18,841 bases of DNA from Armatimonadota bacterium (GCA_043754515.1 JAYUUO010000013.1:1-18841), one strand, 5' to 3'; positions 1 to 9,298 are shown, counted from the first letter of the stretch. Notes: generated by a model from the sequence alone, not told the origin. Numbers and translations: made by a program.

Positions 1-234
1 ACGTCCCCTTTGTTCACATCCATTGCATTGCCTAAGCGCATTGCCAATGTGGCACCCCAGCATCGTTTGGACTTCCGCATCTCCTCCTAGCCGGTGCGAC
101 GGAAGAGGGCTAATCGCTCCACCTCTTAGGATAAACTGGCCTTCTGCTTTAGCTAGTACAAACGAGTCCACTCCCGATGGGTATGTCGGCGGTAGCTCGC
201 CCAAGCGAACGGCTCCTGCAAGCCCACGAAGCGG

Positions 235-429
235 CTACTTTACAGCGGCCATACGCTCGTCATCAAGCTCGGCAAATTTATATACAAGCGCGAAGATTGC
301 CTCCGATTTAACACGCGGCACGGGCTTGCCATCTTTGTAGGGATCGCCTTTGTACTTGCCGCTCGCGAGGTCGCGCCCCACCTGCTCCTGTTCATCCACG
401 AATCTATCCCGGCGTTCCTGCTGTGTCAT
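235..429 (-). CDS. small hypothetical protein (64 aa; alternative GTG start at 438)
   Basis: ATG preceded by G-rich SD-like GAAGGGGTGGGG. A TATACT -10-like hexamer lies at 472-477 on the minus strand. The product is charged and helical-looking; no family recognised. Confidence 0.55.
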   Translation of the reverse strand: MTQQERRDRFVDEQEQVGRDLASGKYKGDPYKDGKPVPRVKSEAIFALVYKFAELDDERMAAVK

Positions 430-595
430 TGTCCCCACCCCTTCACCGAAACGACCCTATCTATTTCCGTCAGTATACCGCCGTCATCGATCCGGGTTAG
501 CACCGCTCTCCTACGGCTGGATGGCATGTTCCGGAAAGGGGCGCCAGGCCAGAGTCGGGACGTAAGTGCCTTGCTCCGCGAGGAGGGCGGAATGG

Positions 596-1594
596 CTACT
601 TCACCGGCCTGTCAACGGGTGGGGGCGACTTGCGCGGCGCGGGACGCCAGTCGCACCCGACGATGTACACACGGCCGGCTAGAAGGGGGCGGACGGTTGC
701 CGAGCCGTCCGCGTTCACGGTGCCGAGCAGTAGCGGCGACACCCAGACTTGCCTCTTGTCTCCCGGCGCGAGTGGCGCCAGGGTTCGTCCGCGCGTGGTC
801 ACGAACCGCTTGCCGTTCGGGGCGAAATATAGCCCATTGCCCTGGGCGAACACTCGGAAAACGCCGGTGCTGTTCTCGACGCTGTAATAATCGCGCCAGT
901 GCCCGTCCGTGCTGTTCCCGTCCCAGTTATAGATCAGCGGCGTCGCTGTGCCGGGGAGACACATCGCGAGATGGAGGGATGACAGGTCGCTGTCCCCGTC
1001 GCCGTTACTGAGTGCCCCCCGCGCGACCGTGTCAGGTCGGAGCGACACCTGAGACGTGACGTTGCCGTCCTTGTCGAGGAACGCGAGCGTCGGCGGGCGG
1101 GCATACTTCTCGTCCACGGCGGCCGAGAGCGTGATCGAGGAGCCATCCTCGCGCGGCAACCGGTCTACGCGAACCTTCGCTCCCGCGGCGGGGGGCGCGG
1201 ATACCACCGGATCGGGCGGGAGTTGATCCGCGCCGGGCATATCGGGATGGGTGGACGGGGGAAGCGGCACCGTCTTACTGGTCGCGGCGTTATATACCCA
1301 GGTCGTTGACTCACCCTCTTCGGCGGGAGCGGCGCGGGAAAAAAAGATGCGGATGCCGTCCCTGTCCCAGCGCGGCGCGTAGTCGTCGCGGTCGCCGTCT
1401 GTGATCTGTTGCTTACCCGTGCCGTCGGGGTTAATGCGGTACAGGTGGTAGTGCGACTTCGATTTGCTCGCCGCGCCGGTGTAGTAGCGAGCGGCGTAAA
1501 CGATGGGACGGTCCGTATCAGCGGCGCGGGTGTCGGCTGACCCGATCAGGAGCAGAAGCGTGGCGAGAAACAAGCGTCGTGGCATCATGGACAT
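596..1594 (-). CDS. secreted TolB/PD40 repeat-like protein
   Basis: Signal peptide (MPRRLFLATLLLLIGSADTRA). TolB-type segment HLYRINPDGTGKQQITDGDRDDYAPRWDRDG. TACAAT lies 8 nt upstream of the ATG. Confidence 0.7.
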   Translation of the reverse strand: MSMMPRRLFLATLLLLIGSADTRAADTDRPIVYAARYYTGAASKSKSHYHLYRINPDGTGKQQITDGDRDDYAPRWDRDGIRIFFSRAAPAEEGESTTWVYNAATSKTVPLPPSTHPDMPGADQLPPDPVVSAPPAAGAKVRVDRLPREDGSSITLSAAVDEKYARPPTLAFLDKDGNVTSQVSLRPDTVARGALSNGDGDSDLSSLHLAMCLPGTATPLIYNWDGNSTDGHWRDYYSVENSTGVFRVFAQGNGLYFAPNGKRFVTTRGRTLAPLAPGDKRQVWVSPLLLGTVNADGSATVRPLLAGRVYIVGCDWRPAPRKSPPPVDRPVK

Positions 1595-1783
1595 GGCGAG
1601 CTATTGTAGCACGGTTGGGGGAATGTAGCGGGTAGTCGGCGGTGCAATTTCTGTGCGCGAGCATAATAACCAAGAAGCGGGCACTGGGATACGACCGTGG
1701 TACGATGAAGCACGGAGGGAACGAACCGATACCACCTCTACCCATGCCGCGCGCCGCCGCACCCGCTAGGAGAGCCCGAAGAT

Positions 1784-3409
1784 ATGCCCGTCCTTTCGTT
1801 GCTCCTGCCCGCGCCCTATGCGGTGGCCGCCGCCGCCGCGAACCCGGCTTTCGTCGCGCCACCTACCCCCGGTGGCGAGGCGAACGGCGGCAAAATCTAC
1901 TTCTTTCCAAAAGGGGGGACGCCGCTCCCCCGCGCCGTTCGCGTCGGTGACGCCGCGTACTGGGTCGGCAAACCGCGTGTACTCATGGCGGCGGACGTGG
2001 ACGATCTGCATGTCTCGCCCGACCGCCGCTATATACTGGCGATCTGTCGAGACCCCCAGCGCGAGCCGTTCGAGACGGAGGCGGGGGGGAATCCCCTGAT
2101 GAAGGACGTCGCCGCTCTCATGCCGTTCGTGATGCGGCCGTGCACGGGAACCATTTCGCTCCTGCTCTTCGACACCAGCCGTGCCCGCGCCTCGGTGCTG
2201 TGGAAGCGCGAGACGGGCGAAGACGAACGGGTGCAACTCGACAGTCTCTCCTGGCTCGCTGATAACAAGACCGCGCTGGCACGGCTGAGTCTCATCTCCT
2301 TGCTCCCGGAAGCCAAGCGTATGTCGGGCGGCAAGGAGGAGACGTATCGTCCAGAGTCGGTGGAAACGTTCCTGCTAATGATCTCCGCTAGTCGGCGGAG
2401 CGCGTCGCCGCTGCCGCTCCTCGGCAAGAACGGGTCGGTGCCGATGGTGCAAATAGTGCCGTCCCCGACCGACAACCGCGCTCTGATCACCGTGGTGCCG
2501 GAATACGGCGGCGCGTCCCAGTTCCGGTTCTTGTCAGCGGACGGGGTGTTGACAGAGCCGCGCACGCAGGAGATCAACTTCTCGTTTCTGTCCGGCTGGA
2601 CGGCGGACGGGCGCATCACCGGCTTCGCCATGCCCAACGCGCGGAGCGGCTGGCCGAAGGACGAGATGACGAGAAGTATCTCCGTGGACGGGCGCACCGG
2701 AGAGATAACGTTCGGAAAGATGCCCGACCCGAAGGCAATGCCCGTAGCGGATAAGACCACGACGCCGGAGATAAGTGAGGCACCTGGCGCGAATGCATCG
2801 CCCGTCGTGGTGTTCTCGCAACCCGCGTCGCTGACCACGCCTGGGCTTGCGGGCCGTCCGGCGGCAGTGTCGCCGGTTCTGCTCCGAAGCGCGACAGATG
2901 AAAAAGAGTCGGTGCTACTCGCGCCGGACGGCGACCCGGTCGGGGTCGTCGGCACGAGGGACAACCTCACGGTGCTGTACCGCGCGAACGACGCCCTATA
3001 TGCGGTGACGTTGCATAAAACGAGCCGCGCCGTGTACGAAACCGCGCTCCGCGTCGTGGCGCGGCAACGGGCGGGCAAGCTCCAAATGGCTCTCGGCGTC
3101 TGGAAGCTCCAGCATGATAACCAGTTCCCGAACCTCGGAGCCGACGTCGCTACGCTCATAGCGGTGGATATAAACATGACGAGATTCGCGCCCGACGAAT
3201 CGTTCCGCGACCCCGCGACCGGCAAAACCTCGTTCGCGTACCTATATCACGGCTCGGACGGCGAGGCGTCTGTACCGCTATTCTCGCTGTCCACGCTCGA
3301 CGGGCGGTACGTTCTTTACACGACCGGGTATCGCCCGCATTGGGTGCCGAACGGCACGCCGGTTCCCGCGACCGAGCCGAAGCCCGGCGATCCGGCGACG
3401 GACGAGTAG
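1784..3409 (+). CDS. probable secreted protein with TolB-like beta-propeller region and C-terminal pseudopilin (GspG/DUF1559-like) segment
   Basis: 541-aa ORF with SD AGGAG upstream and a hydrophobic Ala-rich N-terminus. Blade-like motifs VSPDRRYIL, SWLADNK, SPTDNRAL and GWTADGRI. C-terminal KLQMALGVWKLQHDNQFP...FRDP resembles the pseudopilin helix motif. Confidence 0.55.
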   Translation: MPVLSLLLPAPYAVAAAAANPAFVAPPTPGGEANGGKIYFFPKGGTPLPRAVRVGDAAYWVGKPRVLMAADVDDLHVSPDRRYILAICRDPQREPFETEAGGNPLMKDVAALMPFVMRPCTGTISLLLFDTSRARASVLWKRETGEDERVQLDSLSWLADNKTALARLSLISLLPEAKRMSGGKEETYRPESVETFLLMISASRRSASPLPLLGKNGSVPMVQIVPSPTDNRALITVVPEYGGASQFRFLSADGVLTEPRTQEINFSFLSGWTADGRITGFAMPNARSGWPKDEMTRSISVDGRTGEITFGKMPDPKAMPVADKTTTPEISEAPGANASPVVVFSQPASLTTPGLAGRPAAVSPVLLRSATDEKESVLLAPDGDPVGVVGTRDNLTVLYRANDALYAVTLHKTSRAVYETALRVVARQRAGKLQMALGVWKLQHDNQFPNLGADVATLIAVDINMTRFAPDESFRDPATGKTSFAYLYHGSDGEASVPLFSLSTLDGRYVLYTTGYRPHWVPNGTPVPATEPKPGDPATDE

Positions 3410-3432
3410 GGGAAGGCCCGCGTCCCCGACGC

Positions 3433-4869
3433 TCACGTTCCCGCTTCGAGGATCGCCCGCGCCATCGCCTCGGCACCGTCTTTGTCGTCCGGGGCGAGTT
3501 CCCCGGCGACCACCGCGTCCGTCAACACGTTCTTGATGACGCCGACCTTGCGACCGGCGGGCAGTGCAAGCCGCGCCATGATCTCCTCGCCCGTCAGCGG
3601 CGCGGTCGCGGTCGTGATGTGCGCCGCCGCTTCGATCCGTTCCATCCGCTCGGACAGCGCGGCCAGATCGGCTGGGGGGAACGCATCTGTGTTGCAAGCG
3701 GCGATGTCCGCGCGGGCGATCACGAACAGGTCGCGCCGGTGCCCGCCGACCGCGCGGATCAGGCGGCGAACGCTGGCGTCGCTCCACTCGTCGGGCTTGT
3801 ACGCCCCGTAGCGCATGTGTAGGCCGACCAACTCCACGACGCGGGCGATCTCGTCGCCGGAAAACTTCAGCCGATTCAGCACCTCGCGGGCGATCCGCGC
3901 CCCGACCTTCTCGTGCTCGTAAAAGTGGACGTCACCGGTGCTGGGGTCAACCGTGCGCGTCCCCGGCTTGCCGACGTCGTGTAGCAGTACCGCGAGACGT
4001 ACTTCCATACCCGCTTCGGTCGGCAGGTTGTCGAGCGCGACCAGCGTGTGCTCCCAAACGTCGTACAGGTGGAAGTGGTTCTGCGTGACGCCGTGCATCG
4101 CCGCGAGTTCCGGCGCGAACCGGGCGAGCAAACCCGTCTCGCGCATCAGTTCCAGGCCCCGCGCCGCGCCCAGTGCTGCGAGTGTTTTCACCAGCTCGTC
4201 ACGTATCCGCTCGAACGAGATCCCGTTTTCGGGCGACAGACGGAAGGCGTTCTCGCGGATGGCGACGAGCGTGTCCGGCGCGACCGTGAAATCAAGTTTC
4301 GCCGCGAACCGGGCGGCGCGGAGCATGCGGAGCGGGTCGTCTGTGAATGTGATCACGGGGTCGAGCGGCGTGCGCAGTATCTTCGCTTCGAGGTCGGAGT
4401 AGCCGAGGCCGGTCGGGTCCGTAATCTCGCCGGTATGCAGGTTCTCTAAGAACGTGTTCACAGTGAAATCGCGCCGCAGGGCGTCAGTCGCGATGGTGCC
4501 GGGCGTCACGGTCGGCTTGCGCGAACCCTGGCGGTACGTTTCGAGCCGCGCGGTGACTAGTTCGACCTGCACGCCGGGGTCGCCCAGTCCCGTCCCGCCG
4601 ACGCGCACCATAGCGGTCCCGAACGTCGGGAACTCGACCGGCTTATGCCACGCCACGCGCTTTTTCCAGAGCAGGTTCGCGACGTCCCCGGCTTCGCCCT
4701 CCAGCACCAGGTCAATATCGTCGAGTTTCGCCGTCCCGGACCGCCCCATCAGCTTGTCGCGCACGTAGCCGCCGACGAGGTAAAGGCGGTTCTCGTACGC
4801 CGTGCCGCGCAGGGCGTCGCGCAGGATCGGTAGCACGGGATTCTCGGCGGGGGCGGCGGCGGCAGTCAT
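3433..4869 (-). CDS. cca: CCA tRNA nucleotidyltransferase with HD domain (class II)
   Basis: Motifs LVGGYVRD...[35 protein letters not shown], and HD domain EHTL...LLHDVGK. Start placed at MTAAAAP (4869), 7 nt after TACAAT. The longer ORF start at 5193 overlaps the cyclophilin gene. Confidence 0.92.
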   Translation of the reverse strand: MTAAAAPAENPVLPILRDALRGTAYENRLYLVGGYVRDKLMGRSGTAKLDDIDLVLEGEAGDVANLLWKKRVAWHKPVEFPTFGTAMVRVGGTGLGDPGVQVELVTARLETYRQGSRKPTVTPGTIATDALRRDFTVNTFLENLHTGEITDPTGLGYSDLEAKILRTPLDPVITFTDDPLRMLRAARFAAKLDFTVAPDTLVAIRENAFRLSPENGISFERIRDELVKTLAALGAARGLELMRETGLLARFAPELAAMHGVTQNHFHLYDVWEHTLVALDNLPTEAGMEVRLAVLLHDVGKPGTRTVDPSTGDVHFYEHEKVGARIAREVLNRLKFSGDEIARVVELVGLHMRYGAYKPDEWSDASVRRLIRAVGGHRRDLFVIARADIAACNTDAFPPADLAALSERMERIEAAAHITTATAPLTGEEIMARLALPAGRKVGVIKNVLTDAVVAGELAPDDKDGAEAMARAILEAGT

Positions 4870-4876
4870 ACCTTCG

Positions 4877-4923
4877 ATTGTACCGCGGCGCACTTTGCGG
4901 ATGCGACATATATCGCCTACAAT
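4877..4923. promoter_or_regulatory. back-to-back -10 elements (TACAAT on each strand) for cca and the cyclophilin pair
   Basis: ATTGTA at 4877-4882 (minus-strand TACAAT, 7 nt to ATG) and TACAAT at 4918-4923 (6 nt to TTG, 9 nt to ATG). Confidence 0.65.
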
Positions 4924-4932
4924 ACAGGCTTG

Positions 4933-5496
4933 ATGAAACACGCTTTTCGTATCACTCTCGCCGCGCTCGCGGTGTCGCTCCTGACGCTCGCCCCAGTCGC
5001 GAACGCCCAGCAACGCCCTGGCCCGCCCGGCCCGCCGCCCGGTGCCGCGCCGAACATCCCGCACCCCATCGTCACGATGCAGACGACGAAGGGGACTATT
5101 TTGATCAAGTTGTTTCCCGAAGAGGCACCCCAGACCTGCGCGAACTTCATGAAACTGATCAACAAAAAGTTTTATGACGGCCTGAAGTTCCACCGCGTCG
5201 ATCCGGGCTTTGTCGTCCAGGGCGGGGATCCCAAGGGCGATGGCACCGGCGGGCCGGGCTACAAGATCAAAAACGAGGCGAATAAGCTACTGAAGCACAA
5301 CCGGGGCGCGGTAGCGATGGCGAACGCGGGCCGGGACACGGCGGGTTCGCAATTTTACTTCGTAATTACGAAACCCGCGCCGCACCTCGATAACGGCGAC
5401 TACACGATCTTCGGGCAAGTGATTTCGGGGCAGGACGTCGCGGAAAGGATAGCGATCGGCGACAAGATGACCAAGGTAACGGTGACGACGAAGTGA
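4933..5496 (+). CDS. secreted cyclophilin-type peptidyl-prolyl cis-trans isomerase
   Basis: Signal peptide ending ANA-Q and a Pro-rich linker. Motifs [32 protein letters not shown] and YTIFGQV. Alternative TTG start at 4930. Confidence 0.93.
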   Translation: MKHAFRITLAALAVSLLTLAPVANAQQRPGPPGPPPGAAPNIPHPIVTMQTTKGTILIKLFPEEAPQTCANFMKLINKKFYDGLKFHRVDPGFVVQGGDPKGDGTGGPGYKIKNEANKLLKHNRGAVAMANAGRDTAGSQFYFVITKPAPHLDNGDYTIFGQVISGQDVAERIAIGDKMTKVTVTTK

Positions 5497-6093
5497 GGCC
5501 ATTCCCCCGTTTCTGGGCGACTTTCGTGGCTTGTCTGATCGGCGGCAGTGCTATGGCGCGGACCCCGGTTGCCCCGCCCGCCCCCGTGCCCCCGGTGACG
5601 GTTCCCGCAAAGCCGGACGACAAATCGGCGTCTACCGCGCCCGACGCGACGACCAAGCCCGCCACCAAGCCATCCGTGAAGTCGGCCACCCGCCCGGTGG
5701 TAACTATAGAGACGGCGAAGGGGAAAATCGTAATCGAGTTGTACCCCGAAGAGGCACCCGCCACGGTCGAGAGTTTCGTGTCGCTCACCAAAAAAGGGTT
5801 CTATAACGGGTTGACATTCCACCGCGTCGAGCCAGGCTTCGTGATCCAGGGCGGCGATCCCCTCGGCGACGGCCGCGGCGGGCCGGGCTACGCGATCAAA
5901 AACGAGACGAACCGGACCCTGACGCATCGAGTGGGCGCGGTGGCGATGGCGAACGCGGGCCGGGATACGGCGGGTTCGCAGTTCTATATCGTGATTACGA
6001 AGCCCGCCCCGAATCTGGACGGGAAGTACCCGGACGGCGTGAACAAGTACACGATCTTCGGGCAAGTGATTTCGGGGCAGGACGTCGCGGAAA
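5401..6093 (+). repeat. 46-nt identical block shared by the two cyclophilin genes (5401-5446 and 6048-6093)
   Basis: TACACGATCTTCGGGCAAGTGATTTCGGGGCAGGACGTCGCGGAAA is present twice. A second near-identical block lies at about 5314-5358 and 5943-5987. Confidence 0.95.
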
Positions 6094-6452
6094 AGACAGC
6101 GGTAGGAGATAGGATGACGAAGGTGACGGTGGTCGAGCCGCCCGCCGGGGACTTGCCGAAGATCACCCGCATCGCGACGCCGCGCATCATGGTGCCGGTC
6201 ATCATCCCGTACTTGGATAAGCCGATGGTCCCAAAAAGTACCACGCCGAGGGTCAGGGTCTCGATTGACGCCACGGGAAAATCCTCCAAAGTCGAGTTGC
6301 GGTCGAAGACGGGCGTGCCCGAACTCGACAAAGCCGTGACCGACGCGGTGAATAAATGGCTCTGGCTTCCGGCGATGAAAGATGGCGTGGCGATTCCCGG
6401 GGAAAGAACGTTCACCTATGACATCGTGAACCGCTCCGTCCGCTATGAATAG
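5493..6452 (+). CDS. secreted cyclophilin-type PPIase fused to a TonB C-terminal domain
   Basis: GTGA overlap with the upstream stop. Signal peptide, Pro/Thr/Lys linker and full cyclophilin motifs. C-terminus [45 protein letters not shown] matches the TonB_C pattern (V.ID..G....V......G...LD.A...A...W...PA..G). Confidence 0.85.
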   Translation: MRPFPRFWATFVACLIGGSAMARTPVAPPAPVPPVTVPAKPDDKSASTAPDATTKPATKPSVKSATRPVVTIETAKGKIVIELYPEEAPATVESFVSLTKKGFYNGLTFHRVEPGFVIQGGDPLGDGRGGPGYAIKNETNRTLTHRVGAVAMANAGRDTAGSQFYIVITKPAPNLDGKYPDGVNKYTIFGQVISGQDVAEKTAVGDRMTKVTVVEPPAGDLPKITRIATPRIMVPVIIPYLDKPMVPKSTTPRVRVSIDATGKSSKVELRSKTGVPELDKAVTDAVNKWLWLPAMKDGVAIPGERTFTYDIVNRSVRYE

Positions 6453-6465
6453 ACCGGCGTGACCC

Positions 6466-7248
6466 TTACTCCTTCGGCGGCAGGGTAAGGATCACCGCGC
6501 CGTTTTCCGTGATCGCGATGGTGTGCTCGAAGTGGCAGGCGAGCGAGCCATCGGCGGAAACAATGGTCCATGGGTCTCCCGACACGTGCGCGATAGCCGC
6601 GCCACCCGCGTTCACCATCGGCTCGATGCAGAATGTCATGCCCGCCTCGATGATCCGCCCCTCGCCGGGCCTGCCCCAGTTCGCGACGTCGAGGCCCGGC
6701 TCGTGCGGCATGCGCCCGATGCCGTGCCCGACCATTTCGCGCACCACGGAAAAGCCACTCTTTTCCACATGCTGTTGCACCGTGTAACCGATGTCGCCGA
6801 TGGTGTTGCCGGGGCGGGCTTGCGCGATCCCTAGTTGCAATGCTTCGCGGGTCGCCTGTAGCAATTTTCGCGCCTTGCCCGAGATCTTACCGACCGGCAC
6901 CGTGATCGTGGCGTCCGCGCACCAGCCGTCCACGCTGGCGTCCATATCGAGCGATACCAGGTCGCCCTCCTTGAGGACGCGTCGCGCGTCGGGGACTCCG
7001 TGGATCACCTCGTCGTTCACGCTGATGCAAGTGTGGTGCATATACGGTACTTCGGAGAACGACGGTTTATAGCCATAGAGCGGAGCCTGCGCGTCATACC
7101 GCTTCAGGACTTCGGCGGCGACGGCATCTAGCTCGAGCGTAGTCGTCTGGTTCGGGATGATCGCGGCGGCCATGGTCCGCAGGGCGACCGCGACGACTTC
7201 GCCGGCGCGGCGCATCGCGGCGATTTCGGGGGGAGTTTTCAGGCGCAT
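6466..7248 (-). CDS. map: type I methionine aminopeptidase
   Basis: N-terminus MRLKTPPEIAAMRRAG, then CISVNDEVIHGVP. Metal ligands in SLDMD...WCAD, GHGIG...HE, IEPMV and HFEHT. Confidence 0.95.
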   Translation of the reverse strand: MRLKTPPEIAAMRRAGEVVAVALRTMAAAIIPNQTTTLELDAVAAEVLKRYDAQAPLYGYKPSFSEVPYMHHTCISVNDEVIHGVPDARRVLKEGDLVSLDMDASVDGWCADATITVPVGKISGKARKLLQATREALQLGIAQARPGNTIGDIGYTVQQHVEKSGFSVVREMVGHGIGRMPHEPGLDVANWGRPGEGRIIEAGMTFCIEPMVNAGGAAIAHVSGDPWTIVSADGSLACHFEHTIAITENGAVILTLPPKE

Positions 7249-7258
7249 TTCGACACGT

Positions 7259-7312
7259 AGTATATCAGGAGGTTCGGGGGGCGTCAGGGGCGGCGCGGCG
7301 GGGTGATATAAT
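7259..7312. promoter_or_regulatory. divergent extended -10 elements for map and the 197-aa ORF
   Basis: Minus strand TGaTATACT (hexamer 7259-7264, 10 nt to map ATG). Plus strand TGaTATAAT (hexamer 7307-7312, 6 nt to GTG at 7319). Confidence 0.7.
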
Positions 7313-7318
7313 CGCCGC

Positions 7319-7912
7319 GTGGGTATGATGATTCGTTTTTCGGCGAGCGAGCAGGAAATCGTCGGGCTACTTCGTTTCCTGGAGCGGCGGGCGCGGCGGT
7401 TAATTCCTATGGACGGCGCGGGACGGCTGGCAAGCCTGCTCTGGCTTCCGCTCGCCACGGACGACCGCGCGGAACTGCGCCCGCGTCGTACTGCCCTTGC
7501 CCTGCTCCGTCTCCTGCGCGACACCGACGCCGCGCTACCATGGGGAATCCGGCTCGCCACGGATGCCGAACATCCGTGTGTCGTCACCCGCGACACGCAG
7601 ACGGGCCGCTACCAGGTGGACCCCGAAGCCTCGCGTCTCGTGCTGTTCGCCTTCGGACCCGTTCTCGGAGAGAACGGGGGCGGGGAAACGCCCGGAGAGC
7701 GGCGGCGCGAGGGGCTGATCGAGTTGCGCGACTGGATCGAGGAGGAGCCGCCGCTCCCGACGGTCCCCGTGCCCAAAGGCGTGATCCTGCTACCCCAAAC
7801 GCTGGTCGCGCGCGCTCTTGTCGAGCGGTGCGCTCGCCGCCTGCGCCGCCGGGGAAACCTGGTCGAGAACCGCTGGCACGTCCCGCCGCACCTGCCCGAA
7901 GACGACGAATAG
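7319..7912 (+). CDS. hypothetical protein
   Basis: 197-aa ORF with GC-rich third codon positions, starting just after a perfect TATAAT and filling the gap between map and the next gene. No family recognised. Confidence 0.7.
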   Translation: MGMMIRFSASEQEIVGLLRFLERRARRLIPMDGAGRLASLLWLPLATDDRAELRPRRTALALLRLLRDTDAALPWGIRLATDAEHPCVVTRDTQTGRYQVDPEASRLVLFAFGPVLGENGGGETPGERRREGLIELRDWIEEEPPLPTVPVPKGVILLPQTLVARALVERCARRLRRRGNLVENRWHVPPHLPEDDE

Positions 7913-8006
7913 TTCGTAGTGTTGACGTCTGAAGTCCGCGAGCCATGACCGCGGTGGCTCTAGCCAGGGCCGGCACAACTCGTGCCGGATCCGCGTATTT
8001 TACTTT

Positions 8007-8546
8007 GTGTCACAAAGTAAAAAAACTGAAAACGGGTTCGTCTGGCGCGTCGTCTGGTGGGGCATTTTCGCCGCCGCGTTCGGACTTACCGAGTCCGCGC
8101 TCGTGGTCTACGTCCGCCGACTCCTCGGCTACGCGCCGGGGCTAGACTACGCGCAGATATGGGCGGCACGCGGCGAGGCGTTGTCGCTCTTCTCGATGTC
8201 GCGGGAGCTACAGAGCCGAGGCTTATACGGGGTCGAGATCGCCCGCGAGGCGGGCACCATCGGGCTACTGGTCGGCGCGGCGATGGCGGCGGGTGCGACA
8301 TGGCGCGAGCGGTGGGGAATATTCTGCTACACGTTCGCCGTCTGGGATCTGACGTACTACCTGTATCTTGTCTGGTTCACCGGCTTCCCGTGGAGCTTGG
8401 CCGCGACCGACGTCTACTTCCTGATCCCGGTCGCCTGGTACGGGCCGGTCTGGTTCCCGGTCTGCGTCGTCATGCCCGTGCTCGCTCTTCTAGGGGTTTG
8501 GCTCCTCGCGACGGGCGCGGGACGTCAACGCCCCCCGACTTCCTGA
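8007..8546 (+). CDS. conserved-looking integral membrane protein of unknown function
   Basis: About four hydrophobic helices with embedded polar motifs (ESALVVY, EIAREAGT, WDLTYY, FLIPVAWYGPVW). Confidence 0.8.
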   Translation: MSQSKKTENGFVWRVVWWGIFAAAFGLTESALVVYVRRLLGYAPGLDYAQIWAARGEALSLFSMSRELQSRGLYGVEIAREAGTIGLLVGAAMAAGATWRERWGIFCYTFAVWDLTYYLYLVWFTGFPWSLAATDVYFLIPVAWYGPVWFPVCVVMPVLALLGVWLLATGAGRQRPPTS

Positions 8547-8669
8547 TCGGGAACGTTTGTGTCCCGAAGCCGCTATTAACTACGAAAGTATCGTGCTGAT
8601 GATATAGTCACCCTGCTCTCTCGTTTGCCGCGCCGTGCCGTAGCCGGCCCCGCGCGGTGCAATCCTGCT

Positions 8670-8885
8670 ATGTCACCGGTCAGACCCCACCCTGCCCCCC
8701 GCTCGAGTCAGCGCACCGCGACAAAGCAACGCATTGCGCGCCGCGAAACCGCTGTCGTGCGCGACGCTCCGTTGCTGACAGTTCCCAAGACCGGAGTCAT
8801 CGAGATCTGGTCGCCGCACGATGCCCATGACGCGGCGGCGGCGATGCTCTCGTTTCTTAAAGACCGGACTGAAACCAAATCGTAA
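8670..8885 (+). CDS. small (71 aa) antitoxin-like partner protein upstream of a retropepsin-like protease
   Basis: C-terminal motif EIWSPHDAHDAAAAMLSFL resembles small proteins I recall next to clan AA proteases. ATG lies 6 nt after TGCAAT. Confidence 0.55.
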   Translation: MSPVRPHPAPRSSQRTATKQRIARRETAVVRDAPLLTVPKTGVIEIWSPHDAHDAAAAMLSFLKDRTETKS

Positions 8886-9298
8886 CAGTTCTTCGTGTTG
8901 CCTATACCCAACGCGGTACCGGCACGGGAGTGATCGGGTTCGTTCCTCTCATACCCATCACCCTGACGAAAAACGAACGCGTTTTTGCCGCGAGCGGCCT
9001 CCTTGACACGGGTGCGGCAGTTAATGTAATGCCCTACACGCTCGGCGTGTCGCTCGGATTAGTTTGGGAGAACGAAACACCAGGGCCAGCTCTGGGCGGT
9101 AACCTTAGCGCGACGGAGACGCGCATGGTAATTGTCTCCTGCACGGTCGGTGCCTTTGCGCCCGTCCCGCTGGTCTTTACGTGAACACAGACAGATACAG
9201 TGCCACTTCTCTTGGAACAGGTCAATTTTTTCATAGAGTTCGATGTCTACTTCTTCCGCAATCAACTGGTGTGCGAGGTGACCCCGAAAACCACGTAA
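8882..9298 (+). pseudogene. retropepsin-like (clan AA) aspartyl protease with in-frame premature TGA at 9182-9184
   Basis: GLLDTGAAVNVMP catalytic motif. The same frame continues after TGA as TQTDTVPLLLEQVNFFIEFDVYFFRNQLVCEVTPKTT to TAA at 9296-9298. This is the expected C-terminal LLG..F...F segment with G replaced by E. Confidence 0.8.

Noticed and set aside
2029..3225. 398-aa minus-strand ORF and other long antisense ORFs (e.g. 5400-6065, 15151-15810, 18028-18741)
   Set aside because: These are shadow ORFs of real genes in GC-rich DNA, with no motifs or start signals.
4870..5193. 108-aa N-terminal extension of cca in the ORF track
   Set aside because: It is antisense to the cyclophilin gene, and a -10 box sits 7 nt before the ATG at 4869.
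7249..7596. N-terminal extension of map
   Set aside because: It overlaps the divergent gene and promoter region. Homology starts at MRLKT.
8547..8567. Intrinsic terminator (TCGGGA...TCCCGA); similar weak stems near 3409-3428 and 13711-13730
   Set aside because: Short stems with no U-tract, expected by chance at this GC content.
9182..9184. TGA recoded as Trp, Gly or Sec in the protease (alternative genetic code)
   Set aside because: TGA ends intact genes at expected positions in this window (5496, 8546, 17033, cca, exonuclease), and the protease has other lesions. Pseudogenisation is simpler.
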